DNA of 64,000 nt, taken from positions 868,001-932,000 of the forward strand of contig NW_027271086.1 of assembly GCF_040938485.1 (NCBI RefSeq), given 5' to 3'. Of the stretch, positions 23,452 to 35,959 are shown piece after piece. Below the pieces are notes generated by a model. It did no database searches. It was not told the origin of the DNA and worked only from the letters and a program-made list of their open reading frames with translations. Source of the stretch: Diadema antillarum. Taxonomy: Eukaryota. The position numbers and the translations under genes were made by a program. Numbering within the stretch: position 1 is the stretch's first letter; each line of letters begins with the position of its first letter.

Positions 23452-24050
23452 GGTGTCGCTCTGTGACTGAAGCAAAAGAAAAATATAGCGGTAAACCCAT
23501 CAACAAGTGACCTACGTTATAGCTGCATAGATTGCATTTACCAAGTAAAAGATTAACAGTTCATGCAAAATATGGTGTCAGAATTTATACATTTTTATAT
23601 TTGAACATACTAATGAACCACAATTTAGCAGAATTGTGTGAATTTAATTTTTCATGTAAAGTTATGAAAAGGAACTGATTGATCAGGTCACCCTTAAAAA
23701 GGGAAGTATAAAGAAGTCTGGCCTGTGCCAAGTTCTACTCATGTCTCCTAATCTCCCTACCTCTTATCTCTTTTCAACAATGTGTGATAAAATCGCTATA
23801 AACGTGAATATAATTTCCCTCCGAGACAATGATTGAAACAGCATTATCATATAAACAGGCTATGTTATACACTGCAGCTTACCTCTATTGGTAAACATGA
23901 TAGCCAAACGAGCAAAATCATAGCAGAAACATAAACCAGAGAAAAATGGAGAATCAAATACAAGTACAGTATTTTTATAGGAATCTTTCATTATAGGCAC
24001 AATTAACATGCATGTGTGGATATAGTTTCCTATTCACTGCTATCGCTTAC

Positions 24051-24375
24051 CAAGTGTGCTGTTGTGCTTCCGGGTTCAATATTGCTGATTTCTGCCTGGC
24101 TCCAAACTACATCCAGGAATGGTTTCGCAATCTCTTTTTCTGTTCAGCCAGTAGAAAGGTGCGAACACCTATTAGACTGAACGTAGTCTAATTTTTAAGA
24201 TCCCAACATAAACTATCAAGAGTTTGTTTACAGACAGATACACTATGTAGCCCTATCAAAATGGCCGGGCGATCCATGAATGTACACGTATATCAGGCGA
24301 ATGTCTGTATTCTTCGTGACCTTTTGACTTTGTCACATTTTTTGTAGTTCTGTAGAAGCGGGTTTTCCCCACATC
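24051..24375 (-). promoter_or_regulatory. Putative non-coding exon 1 and promoter of TRIM copy 3
   Basis: Donor GTAAGC at 24050. Same motif order as copy 1. GGGTTTTCCCC at 24360-24370. Confidence 0.55.
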
Positions 24376-25226
24376 TTGTGTCTACATGAATATCACAGCG
24401 TAAAATGAAATTAAGCCGCGTACAGCGAAATGTTCGTGCAACATTGAGCTCAGATGGAAATTATTCTCTCTCAAAAATGATATCAACAAAATTATAATGT
24501 TTTCATGCTAACGGGGCACTTCAACGATAGTCTGAGGGAAATTTTAAGATGACTAGGTCAATATTTCTTAAATGGTGTCAGTTTTCTTGTACAGTAAGAG
24601 TAAAGTTTGTTTGCTGTTATAGAATTATCATAATAATGATGATGCTATGGAGAAAACTAAACCTTATAACTGTTACTTTTGTTAAAACACATTATAATTG
24701 TGTCATTTCACTCAATATCGTATATGGTGTGAACGGGAACATTAACGTTCTGTGTGACGGGGGATGCGGGAGACGATATATAGTGGAGAATATTGGACAT
24801 GTCTCAAGATACGCCTATTTCATGCATCATTGCAAGCAGATAAAAGTGTAGAAATATTTGAGATCGAGCCGTGTTAACGAGTAGTGGGTGAAAATGAAGA
24901 GGTAAACCTGATTGAGACCCAATACTCTATGATATATTTCGCCCTCTTCGTATATCCAAATTGAGACAATGTCAAATGAAATCCTCTGAACCTTTTTACA
25001 AACTTTCCGGATATCTTAACTTTAACTTACCTTTATGGTCCAGAGTACATTTTAGATATCCCTGCAATTATTTCTGTCCAATACAATTTACCAGGTACAT
25101 TGTATATACATCTCCCTAGAAGAATATATGTATCTAATTTAGCCAGTAGCAGCTGTGTTTTGAGGTTCATACATATGTGGTCATTTATGCGTAACGAAAA
25201 TGAATAAGAAATCAAATGAGCTCATT

Positions 25227-25531
25227 GGCCCGAATTCACGAAGGTGGTACAAATGAAACCATGGTTAAACCATGGACAAAAACCATGGAGCACGTGTGTC
25301 GCACGGAATATTTCGTCGACAAAATTACCATTTCGTTAAAGAATTTTTTATTTCGTGGACGAAATGATCATTTAGTTACAAAATGTTGTCATTTCGTTAT
25401 AAAATAATCATTTCATCTCCGAAATGACTGATTTCGTAACGAAATATTCCATGCGACACTTGGCGCTCCATGGTTTTTTTTTAAAGGTTTAAACCATAGT
25501 TTCATTTGTACTACCTCCGTGAATTCGGGCC
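25227..25531. mobile_element. Paralog of the 4384-4687 palindromic MITE
   Basis: Near-identical sequence inside the duplicated unit. Confidence 0.75.
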
Positions 25532-25794
25532 TCGTGTACTGTTTTGTGTGAATGTGTGTATGCATAAGCCTGTGAGAAAGAGTGAGTAAAGAGCGAAAGG
25601 ATGTGTGTATGATTGACAGTAATTACAACCCCGGTGTAGTAATTGATAGCTACCGGCATCATAATCAAATCCTCTCATTCATTTATCCAACTTCTTCTCT
25701 TTAAATCAAAGTGGTCTGACCTTTTTTTTTTTAACAAGACAGGTTCCACAATGTGTTTTTTTTTTCTTTGCGATGAAATAAATAAAAAAAACAG

Positions 25795-25960
25795 GGGCCC
25801 GTTGCATAAAACTTACTATTGAATTTCAATGGTAACTACCGTCAAAATTAGGCATCACAGCCAATCAGCATCAAGGATTGTAAAATTTACCGCTAATTTG
25901 AAGACTTACCGCTAGAAAGGAGCGGTAAGTCCAGCGGTAAGGGTTTTATGCAACAGGGCC
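25795..25960. mobile_element. Paralog of the 4953-5118 Harbinger-like MITE
   Basis: Same TIRs and CAG TSD. Confidence 0.8.
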
Positions 25961-26709
25961 CAGAAATGACACCCATTAGTAACGACGTTGCTGTTGAAAT
26001 GAAGACTTGGTAATAAGTGCGACATACTTGGATTTCTTGTTGAAAATTTGTCCCAACGAGACATCCATTATGTCTATATTTATCTCCTACCATGGACGTA
26101 ACATGCCATTTACAAAAACTAAGCAAATTTTCCACTTAGATTATCTATAATAACTGATATTATTCTTTGCAAATAAAAATCACCGGCAATCAATCATTAT
26201 CATGATTCCAGTTATCCTTCCTACTTACTGAATTTCCATTATTATGTCAAAGAGAATAACTAAAAAACGTACTGAGTACAATACAATCATAAAAGTGGGC
26301 TTGAATAGACCAATCTCCCACCAACCGTCACACGAAACTCGATCCCCTCAAGAGTCTCTACCTCCTTATGCGGTCCAGGGCGTGTCAAAACGTGAACCAG
26401 GATGCATCACAAAGACATTTGTATTTAAGCCAGCCATACATCCTCAGATGGAGGGGAATCGTCAAACTTCTCTGTAATAATGTTCAAGAAATCGTAGCCA
26501 TTACAATGATTGCCGTTGATAAGGAATGATTTGTATGGAGAATAAAAGGGGAAAATAAGTTCTTTAGAAATTCTTTTCTCATCCCGGTTGCATGATGACT
26601 TAGCTTTAAAGAGTGCAAAGACTGCCAGCACACATCAACAAGCAACGCAGGGAAGAAGAAAGCTGTCAAACGATTGCAAGCATTAAACAATGATAAACAC
26701 GCAAATTAT

Positions 26710-27192
26710 TCAATTCAATTCAATTCAATTCATTTATTTTTCATTCTTCTTTTTCCAACAAAACATAACGCATAATATATTTGGAATTACATCATAAACA
26801 TAAACATTCGACTTTGTAAAAGATAAATAATACAAATAAACAAAAGAATGGATACTGCCAAAAAGTACAAAGTTATGCTTCAGTTGAGAAAAAAAAAAGA
26901 ACTGAGAGGTACACTAAAAACAAGCTTGTATGTTGTGAACCACTTAAAAAATGAACAAACTTATGAATTACGTGTACTTATTTACAAATACTTATCACAG
27001 ATATAATTTAACAGAACGGAACAAGACAGGAGAAATACAAAAGACATGACACGACTTGACAAAAAAGACGGAAAGAATGGGGAGAGAGAAAGCAAAAAAA
27101 AAAGAGAAAGAGAATAAGAGAATGCCTACACACTGAACTAGGGAAATGGAACAGGGGGCGATTGAGAATGTGCTTCAGAGGGCTGGTACTGC
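26710..27192 (-). mobile_element. Unit-specific 483 bp insertion: LINE 3'-UTR ending in (ATTGA)n tail
   Basis: The empty site at 5861-5881 reads gcaaattat-aat-atgcagaag. The insertion replaces aat with no TSD. Minus strand ends aataaatgaattgaattgaattgaa. Stem-loop remnant at 26906-26943. Confidence 0.75.
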
Positions 27193-28396
27193 ATGCAGAA
27201 GAACCAAAGAGGAGTCTAAAAGGACCGATACTTCAAGTTATTTAAGTATATGCTTATAATATGATTAGATTTACATCCGGTGAAATACTGAACCCTGAAC
27301 TGTTTCCACAGAGAAGATATATATATATATATATATAATCTTAGAGGGCAAAGAAGACTACATTATGATAGTATGATTATCCATGGAGCTAAACTATTCC
27401 ATGGTATTTAAAGCAACCCCTGTAGATGGATGAACAGAATTCTACAAAGATTAAACTTCTGGTTACTATAAGTATACAAACAAAGAAACAAACAAAAATA
27501 AAGAAGCGCTGCAAATGTAAATTATGTCATCATTGATTTCAATGGAAATACAGTACCGGTACACAGAAGTTCTCGTTTTACCAATTTGTAGTTGCCGATA
27601 CGCTGATATCATCAGCAAAGCGTGTAGTACACAGGTACAGGATTATACAAGAATGCCTATAAATTATTATTTTGAACAAAGCGCATTTTAACGTGCTGTG
27701 AATGACTATACAATCATATTGTGTGTAACATAAAGTATGATGACATGACCCAGATATTTAAAAAAAATATTGAGATGCATTTACATTTTTACGTTTCACA
27801 TGTGATAAAGATACAATGTTTGAAGTCATTTACATTTTTCACGCTATGTCTACTAAGTGAATGGGTGAAATTGGTGTTGGAGTCCTACAAGGCCGATTTG
27901 ATTATTCAATCATGGTCAGTAATCAAACATATTTGGATTCTCTGCTAGGAATATCTGTAACGTGGTATTTCAGTGAACTTTAATTCTCTTGGTGTTGTTT
28001 ATAATACCTTATCAAGTGAAAAACTTGGTTTATCAAGCAATAACTAGGTTTATCGAAAAACTCTGTTTGTCGTGATAATTTTTTTTTCACTCGATAAGCA
28101 GAGTTTCCCTCGAAAAAAACTGAGTTTTTTCGGCTATAAACTGAGTTTATCGGTCGAGAAACTCAGTTTATCGGAATTATTGGGCATATAGCGTACCATA
28201 TACACACCACACTACCAAAGACTCATTACCATAAACACCGGACCTCCGCTGCAACAAATTGGATGACGTCAGTGGTTTAATACGCCATTTTTTTACTCCA
28301 AATTTACCACGGTGGGAAGAATTTTACACCCATTAAAAAGAAAGGAACATTACAAGTGATACGAGTATGAAAATACAGATGACAGAGGGAGAGAGT

Positions 28397-28428
<32 letters not shown>

Positions 28429-29265
28429 CCACAGGGAAAGAGGTATAAATGTTACTCGTGTATTAAACGCGCTCGTGAGCTATAGATTACGAACTGGCTT
28501 TTGTGATGGACGCCTTCCAAGTCATGTCGTGTCGCCTCTGTGATATACATTTTATAATTCGTATCTATAAGTCATCACGGCATAGTAACGCATAAATCAT
28601 GCATCATAAATAGATAAACGAAAGGAAGTACCACATCTAGTCGCTATTTTAATATAAAAAAATGATAACATTTAAAAATATATATGTAGTATGATATATG
28701 GATCATCACTATTGGTATTGTCAATCAGTGATATATGAGATGAGTTTTGTATGTGGAAAATAAAACCATACACTTAAGATAGGATCAGTTACCCATTTCA
28801 GGAGGAAGGTATGTGCGTCATTACGGTGATTTCCTCATTGGTACCTGTGATGAAGATTAGCTATTTCATTTATTCATTCATTCATTCATTCATTCATTCA
28901 TTTTCCATTTCCTGCAGAAACATATAAATATCTTATAGAAGTTGAATGCATAAATTGCATCACAATGTATAATAAAAGAAGTGAATAAGTTTGCAAAATA
29001 TTGAAATCGAAAATTGAATATTAGCTTTCAATGGCTTTCAGCTGATGTTTCCCAAAAATAATGTCATATCATTGAGAGCACTGATATCGCAAATCAATTG
29101 TTTCAAATGACTTTGTTTTACTTCTTGAATGATCAATCGCCCAAAGAATATTTCATAAGTGTATAGGAATATACATATGTGTAGGCACCGCACACGTGTA
29201 TCCCATTATTGCATGTAAATTCCATTTATCTTGTTTCCCTGTTCACTTAGCTCAAGTTGTTATAT

Positions 29266-30943
29266 ATCATTTCCAACAAATTGAGATTACAATGTAACAA
29301 TGAACATAATAACATGTAATAAACACATAGTTTTTGGTCAACAGAGATAGAAATAAATGCTATATCTTTCTGGAAAACTCCGAAACAAAGTTGTTGGGAA
29401 TGGAGGGGACTGCTAAAAAGCAGAGCTTGTAGTATGCAGTCCCCTCATTAAAAAAAAAGAAAATACAAAGCCTAAAAACGGACTTGGCAATTTACCTTAC
29501 AGATAAAATAAAAGACTGAGTAATACACACATATATTCACACACACACACACACACACAGACGCACATTAACAATCACCAGGCAGCTCTCTAATATTGTA
29601 AAGGAAGAAAAAATAATAATCAAATAAAAATATTAGTGAAGAAGGTATATCTTCAAGATACTGAAGTGGACAAGAAAAGGGAGAAGGGAAAGAGGTGGTG
29701 GGTCATAACCAGGGCACGTGAGGCACAGAAGCTTCGGCTCGCTGAGAGAGTTATAAGATTATAGACAGCATCAACAATTTTGAAAGTCAAAACTGACAAG
29801 AGAATGTATTGAGTTGTGTAAAAATTTCGTTAAAAGTTCTTTACCTTTAAAGAAAAAGGATTGAATCTTACGGCTTCTATTATACTATTATCAAGAGAAT
29901 TTCAGAATTTTGTTCCAGAAGAAGAAAATAAAGATTTTGCAAGAACCGTCCTGGTCAACGGCAAATGATATTCTTGGGATTGGCGGGTCGGATATGCATG
30001 AACAGTTTCGGGTTGTTTTTTTTGTAAGCATGGAATGAAATATAGAGGGGAAAGAATGACTGGTGAGTTTGTTCACTAATTGTTATAGTTGCAAACGGTA
30101 TAAATCATGGGTTTACAAAATATCATTTTCATGAAATAAATCATCAGCATGACTTCTCCGAGATTCGTTACAATTGTTAAGAAGAGGTTTTTTTTCTGCA
30201 ATAATAATTTTCTTTCTATAAGTAGAAAATGTGTTTCCTCATGCGAGTATCCCATAATTTAAGTAAGGTAGTAACAACGTAGGGTAAAACATCAAAGGAT
30301 TCTTTTTTTTGTGGAGAAAAAATCTAATTTTGTTTATGACGCCTATATTCCTGAGAAAAAAATGCGACATATAGAATCAATGTGTAAATTAAAGGTGAGG
30401 TTGTTGTCAAGAATCAAACCAAGAAATTTGATAGAAGACACTTCTTCTATGGTCGTGTCTTCAAGGGAGATATTTCTCGGTAAATTTTCCAGGCAATACT
30501 GAAAAATATAAAACTATATTTGTTGCTTTTTTGTGGGTAGACGGACAGTTTGTTTGCTGTAATCCATTGCAGTAATTTCATTTATTCAATATTTCAAGTA
30601 TCAATTAATCTCTCAGGATCAGAATCATATAAAAACACACGATAATTCATGAAGAAGCACGTTTTGGTCGATAGTATCAAAGGGCTTGGAGAGGTCCAGG
30701 AAGACACCAATATCAAAATGAAATTTATCAATAGCTTTTGAGACTTTATCAAGAAGGTAAAGATTGCATGAGATGTGCTATGTTTTTGCCGAAAGCCAAA
30801 TTGATAATCAGAAATAATTTTGTATCTAAAAACTTCAAAATTTCGAGACAGAAGTTAGCAAAGATATTGGTCTATAGTTGGAAACATCTTCCCGTTCACC
30901 CGTTTTTTGAGGACAGGAATTACGTTGGAAACTTTCGTAACCT
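29266..30943 (-). mobile_element. Paralog of the old LINE (continues at 33882-~34000 beyond the young LINE insertion)
   Basis: Matches 8065-9743 at an offset of about 21200. Confidence 0.8.
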
Positions 30944-33881
30944 TTTTTTGATGGGAGATTACAATATAGATTTATTACAACCCACCCATTTCCATGACAT
31001 ATTACTTTCCAACTCACTGCATCCCCACATCAATAAACCTACCAGAATAAATAACACCACCCATAGTAAAACATTAATAGATAATATACTGTCTAATGTT
31101 ATAAATGAAACCTGTACGAACGGTATTCTTTATTCGGATATATCTGATCATTTACCGATTTTTATGATTAATGATAAATCTGTAATAACTCCAATACGTT
31201 GCCAACCCAAACAGTATTTGAAAATGTATCGAAATGAAACGCCACAAAATATTGATTCATTGAATCAAGATTTATTCGAAGAACAATGGAATGACGTCTT
31301 TGAACTCCAAGATGTTAATTCTTCCTACGAAATTTTTTTACAAAAACTATTAGATTATTATGATAAACATATTCCTTTAACTCCCAAAGTAAATGGAAGG
31401 AAAAGAGCTCGGCAACCGTGGATCACTCAAGGTCTTATACATTCCATTCTTACTCGAAACCGTCTTTATAAAATATCTCTGAGGAAACCTACTCCTGAAA
31501 ACGTGAAAAGGTATAAAACATATAGAAATAGATTAACTTCTTTGATTCGAGTTTCACGTAAATCATATATTTCAAATAAACTCGAATCTAATAAGGATGA
31601 TAAAAATGCTCTTTGGCGGATTGTTAATGAAATACTCAAAAAGAAACCTACGGAATGTCCTGATAGCATTACCCATAATGATAAAGTTATTACTAATCCT
31701 GATCAAATTGCAAATATTTTTAACAATTTTTTTGTTAATGTTGGTCCTTCTTTAGCTGCATCTATTCCCATAAATGATATCAAAAATTATAAAGATTACT
31801 TACCTGAAAGTAATCAAAACTCCTTGTTTTTTACTCCAATAAATGAATCAGAAATTATTGATATTGTTCGATCTCTGAAATGTAGTAATTCCTGTGGGCC
31901 TGACAACTTAAGGGTGAATTTTTTGAAAAAAATAATTTACCCCTTAGCAGCCCCTCTCACCCATATATTTAATTTATCCTTACTTAACGGTGAGTTTCCA
32001 GACTTTTTTAAAATCGCCAAAGTTATCCCCATTTATAAAAGAGAAGATCCATCATTGGTGAAAAATTACAGACCCATCTCATTGTTACCTGCAATATCGA
32101 AAATTTTAGAAAAATTAGTTTATAAGCGTCTCTCCTCGTTCATGATTGAAAATGAAATATTAAATGTGAATCAGTTTGGTTTTAGGAAAGGATTTTCTAC
32201 CGATTATGCTATAATCAAATCTGTTGATAATATTATTGATGCGCTTATTAAAAAGGAGCACATAATTGGAGTTTTTATGGATCTTAGTAAAGCATTCGAC
32301 ACTATTGATCATGACATTTTATTTGAAAAATTACATAATTATGGCGTGAGAGGGATTACTTTGTCATGGTTTAGAAGTTATCTAAGTCATCGAAAACAAT
32401 ATGTTGCATTTAAATCCAGTCATTCGTTCCATTTGAACGTGTCATGTGGTGTCCCTCAGGGATCTATCCTCGGGCCCCTACTTTTTTTGATTTATATTAA
32501 TGATATCATTAATTCCTCTCCATGTTTAAACTTCATTTTATTTGCAGACGACACCAATGTTTTTTATTCCCACAAGGATATTGTAACATTGGTTGATACA
32601 TTTAACATGGAATTAAGTAATATTTCGAAATGGTTTAGAAGTAATAAGCTTTCATTGAATATTGATAAAACATGTTTTATACATTTTCATACGCTTCAAT
32701 CCCAACCCACCCTTCCTCAAAGTATTTCTATTGATGATATAAACATTGCTGAGAAACATTCAACCAAGTTCCTAGGAGTGACCCTAGATAACAATCTAAC
32801 TTGGAATACTCATGTCCAGAATATTATAACAGCAATATCTAAAGCAACTGGTGTGTTAAGGAGAATAAAATACTTAATTAATGATCAAACTTTAATGATG
32901 TTATATAACGCCTTATTTTTACCATATGTAATGTACTGTAATATTGTATGGGGCAACTGTAGCAAAACCAAATTGAACACAATTTTTCTTCCTTAGAAAA
33001 AGGCTCTTCGTATATGCACACATTCAAATTTTTTGGCTCACACTGATCCCATATTTTGTCGCCTAAAAACTCTAAAGGCCCATGATATACATTCATACTT
33101 AACTGCTATATTTATGTATAAACACATTCGAAATTTATTACCATTTTTCCATAATGCCCTAGTAACTAATGATCATATTCACTCATACCCTACCCGTCGT
33201 TCCCATGATTTTCATTTAAGTAATCCAAAGCTTTTACTTGCTCAAAAGTCGATTAGACATCACGGTCCGGATACATGGAACACTCTTCCTGAGGAGTTGA
33301 AACAGTGTGCCTCCTTGTTTTCATTCAAAGCAAACTTAAAGAAGCATATTTTATCACAGTATACTTCAAATACGAATTAAGCACGAATAATTTATATGAC
33401 TTATGTTGGTCTCCCGATAGTAGCAACATCGTAAGTCATTCCCTCTTCCAGCAAACCAATTTTATCATTCCAAATCCCAGCCTATCTGCCCCTGTGCACT
33501 CTCAAGCACTCGCACGCACATTCACCACCATCACACATCAGAGTTTATTTTCCCCTGCTATCTTCGCAGCAGAATTTGTATTGTTTACCAATTTACCTAC
33601 CTACCTGCCTTTTCCTTGGGCCGGCCATCTTTTCAAGCAATGCTTACAATGGCGGCCCTCTGCATTATCATTTCTTAAATATAATATTGTTATTGTAATC
33701 CCAGCTGCATAGACATGCATACTGTAATATCATTAATTTCCTTTTATATCGTTGTTTATGCAAGTCAAACGACTCTGTTTCAAATATACTTTGTATGTTT
33801 CCCATGTTCACGATTATTCAATTTATGTATATATTGATTTGCAGAAAATAATGTATCTATCAAATAAAAAAAAAATAAAAA
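30944..33881 (+). mobile_element. Young 5'-truncated CR1/L2-group LINE (end of APE endonuclease, full RT, 3' UTR, A-rich tail) with one in-frame nonsense codon at 32994-32996
   Basis: MGDYNIDLL, NYRPISLL, QFGFRKG, VFMDLSKAFDTIDH, GVPQGSILGPLLFLIYIND and FADD motifs. The same frame resumes (KKALRIC...) to TAA at 33380. AACCT duplicated at 30939-30943 and 33882-33886; empty site at 9739-9743. Confidence 0.95.
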
Positions 33882-34077
33882 AACCTCAGGGACAACACCA
33901 TTACTTATGGACAAATTAAAGACAGGCACAAGTGGATCGACAATATAATCTATAGTACTTTTTAAAAGAACATTCAATAGAGTCATGCCCAGCACTTTAG
34001 ATTATTCCACCAAAGAATCCACTTTTTTTCTGCTTTGTTGCTGCAAAACACAATAATGTCGAGTATGACAGATCACA

Positions 34078-35922
34078 TTAAATTGCATCAAATATGTAGA
34101 ATCTATCTGTAGTGGAGAAAGCTATCTCACCACTCTCGAACTCTTGGAGATAGTACCAAACTCTTTCTGGTCTTTGTATTTTGAAATCAGTGATGAGATT
34201 GCACACATGGTTCAAATCTCTCGTGTATCGATCGATACTTACGAGACCTTTCTCGTGCTTCACCCAGGCTATGATGACCGAATCATCTCGACAAACGACT
34301 GACCAGGCAAACATGCCCTCCTTCTTTAAGACATTCTCAGTCTTTCCCGTACCATCAAGACACAAGACAGTTGTTGCATCTGTCAGTATCAGGCTCTCTA
34401 TTGTATGAAAAAAGAATAATTGCCTAGGCGTATATCCATTACATGTTATTTCCCTGATTGCCTTACCACCTTGTGGGGTAAACACCTGGATTTTCATGGG
34501 TTTTCTGTAACCCACGTATATATCATCGCTTCTATCCACAGTGAGACCACCAAAACCTCCTTCATCGAAGCTCATCGTCTCGAATGTGACATTGAACTTC
34601 TCCCACTGTGGAGAGTATAGGGACATCCTGTTTTTTGTATCATAAACAACACTTCGGCCATCGGACAAAAATCCAATTTTACTGACACTGACGTCCTCCA
34701 ACTCCGTCTGCTGTAAATCTCCATCAGGGGAGTAGAGATAGATTCCGCCGAAACGGGATCCCACCGCCATCTTACCGTCTGGTGCAAGAGTGATGCAATT
34801 CATGCTGTCTTTGCCGGGGAGCTCTACGTCTGCTTTGACATCCCACGTGTAACCTTTCAGTTCTCCAAGTCGAAGTTCCTTGACCTTCACCTGTTTACGA
34901 AATGAAATTTTCTGAGCTTGTTCTGCCACACCTCTCGGTGATTGGTCGTCTGGATCATCTCGTCTAAGAATGCTTTCCAAATTCTCACACAGCGTGTCGT
35001 GTGCCAACAAGGCGTCTTTCTCTAGTGGTACCTTCACGCCATTACTCACCAGCTCTTCCATAGCGTTCATATGTCGAATTGTTTGGCGACTCTCTTCCTC
35101 CATGACTTGTAATTCCTTCTCGAACTTTTCAGACCAACTTTGTACTTGGCATTTCAGGGCTTCTCTTCTGGCTGACAACTGCTGTATGTATTCGTCGTAC
35201 GTCTCGTCGATGTCATCATTGAGCTTTTTCAGCCTGTTTGCTATTTCACTGCGCTGTGTCTCTATGAAATGGATATGATTTTCAATATTTGTTTTCTTTG
35301 ATTTTGCCCTTTCTTGTAACTCCCTGATGTTATTCATTAATTTCTCCTCATGAATAGCTGCCTCTTCGATCTGATGCCCTGCCTGTAAGTGTCCTAGCAT
35401 CCCGCATCTTAAGCAGACGTATTCCCGACACCTGGTACAGAAACACTCCTCATCGTCGTTAGGATGTGTCTTACATTTCCGTCTCCTTTTAAGTGGAACT
35501 TTTCCCGAGAGCACCTCGCTCATGGGCACCTTTTTGTGGTTGGAGAACGGTTTCCAAGAAGAGTGGTCTGTCTCACACGATTTGCACATATACTTCCCAC
35601 AGTTCTGACAGTAGGACACAGCGGGCGGCTTTTCGTCCATCTCACAAGTTGTGCATGTCGGATTCTTGGTTTTCACTTCGTCCACCATAGAACTCAAGGG
35701 TACGTTTGTCTGTAACTTACTCACATCTCCACTGGGTAGGGGCGTTTCTTTCCTGCATATCGGGCAAGTTATAGTTTGTTTGGCGGGCTGAGCTTCAAAG
35801 ATACGTTGCAGACAGTCTTTGCAGAAGGTGTGAGAACATGTCAGTGATCTAGGTTGGTTGAAAAGTGTCAGACAGATGGGACACTCCAAATTCTGACTGC
35901 TGATTTGATGAAACGTTGCCAT
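34078..35922 (-). CDS. TRIM E3 ubiquitin ligase, type B copy 4, 614 aa, intact
   Basis: Uninterrupted ORF with RING, two B-boxes, coiled coil and propeller. Kozak ACCATGG. Stop after FYIFDAI. Confidence 0.93.
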   Translation of the reverse strand: MATFHQISSQNLECPICLTLFNQPRSLTCSHTFCKDCLQRIFEAQPAKQTITCPICRKETPLPSGDVSKLQTNVPLSSMVDEVKTKNPTCTTCEMDEKPPAVSYCQNCGKYMCKSCETDHSSWKPFSNHKKVPMSEVLSGKVPLKRRRKCKTHPNDDEECFCTRCREYVCLRCGMLGHLQAGHQIEEAAIHEEKLMNNIRELQERAKSKKTNIENHIHFIETQRSEIANRLKKLNDDIDETYDEYIQQLSARREALKCQVQSWSEKFEKELQVMEEESRQTIRHMNAMEELVSNGVKVPLEKDALLAHDTLCENLESILRRDDPDDQSPRGVAEQAQKISFRKQVKVKELRLGELKGYTWDVKADVELPGKDSMNCITLAPDGKMAVGSRFGGIYLYSPDGDLQQTELEDVSVSKIGFLSDGRSVVYDTKNRMSLYSPQWEKFNVTFETMSFDEGGFGGLTVDRSDDIYVGYRKPMKIQVFTPQGGKAIREITCNGYTPRQLFFFHTIESLILTDATTVLCLDGTGKTENVLKKEGMFAWSVVCRDDSVIIAWVKHEKGLVSIDRYTRDLNHVCNLITDFKIQRPERVWYYLQEFESGEIAFSTTDRFYIFDAI

Positions 35923-35924
35923 GG

Positions 35925-35959
<35 letters not shown>

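Larger units (their letters stand above)
20859..35922. repeat. Right unit of the recent segmental duplication (matches 1-11781 plus unit-specific insertions)
   Basis: As for the left unit. Carries extra insertions at 26710-27192 and 30944-33881. Confidence 0.92.

Noticed and set aside
30738-30943. N-terminus of the 752 aa ORF as part of a genuine LINE ORF2 or host gene
   Set aside because: It is the antisense strand of the older LINE and is present without the insertion at 9538-9743. The LINE proper starts at 30944.
794-35922. Assigning TRIM56, TRIM71 or TRIM2/3 gene symbols
   Set aside because: The architecture is similar, but no filamin domain is visible and orthology cannot be shown without a phylogeny. 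These look like lineage-specific paralogs.
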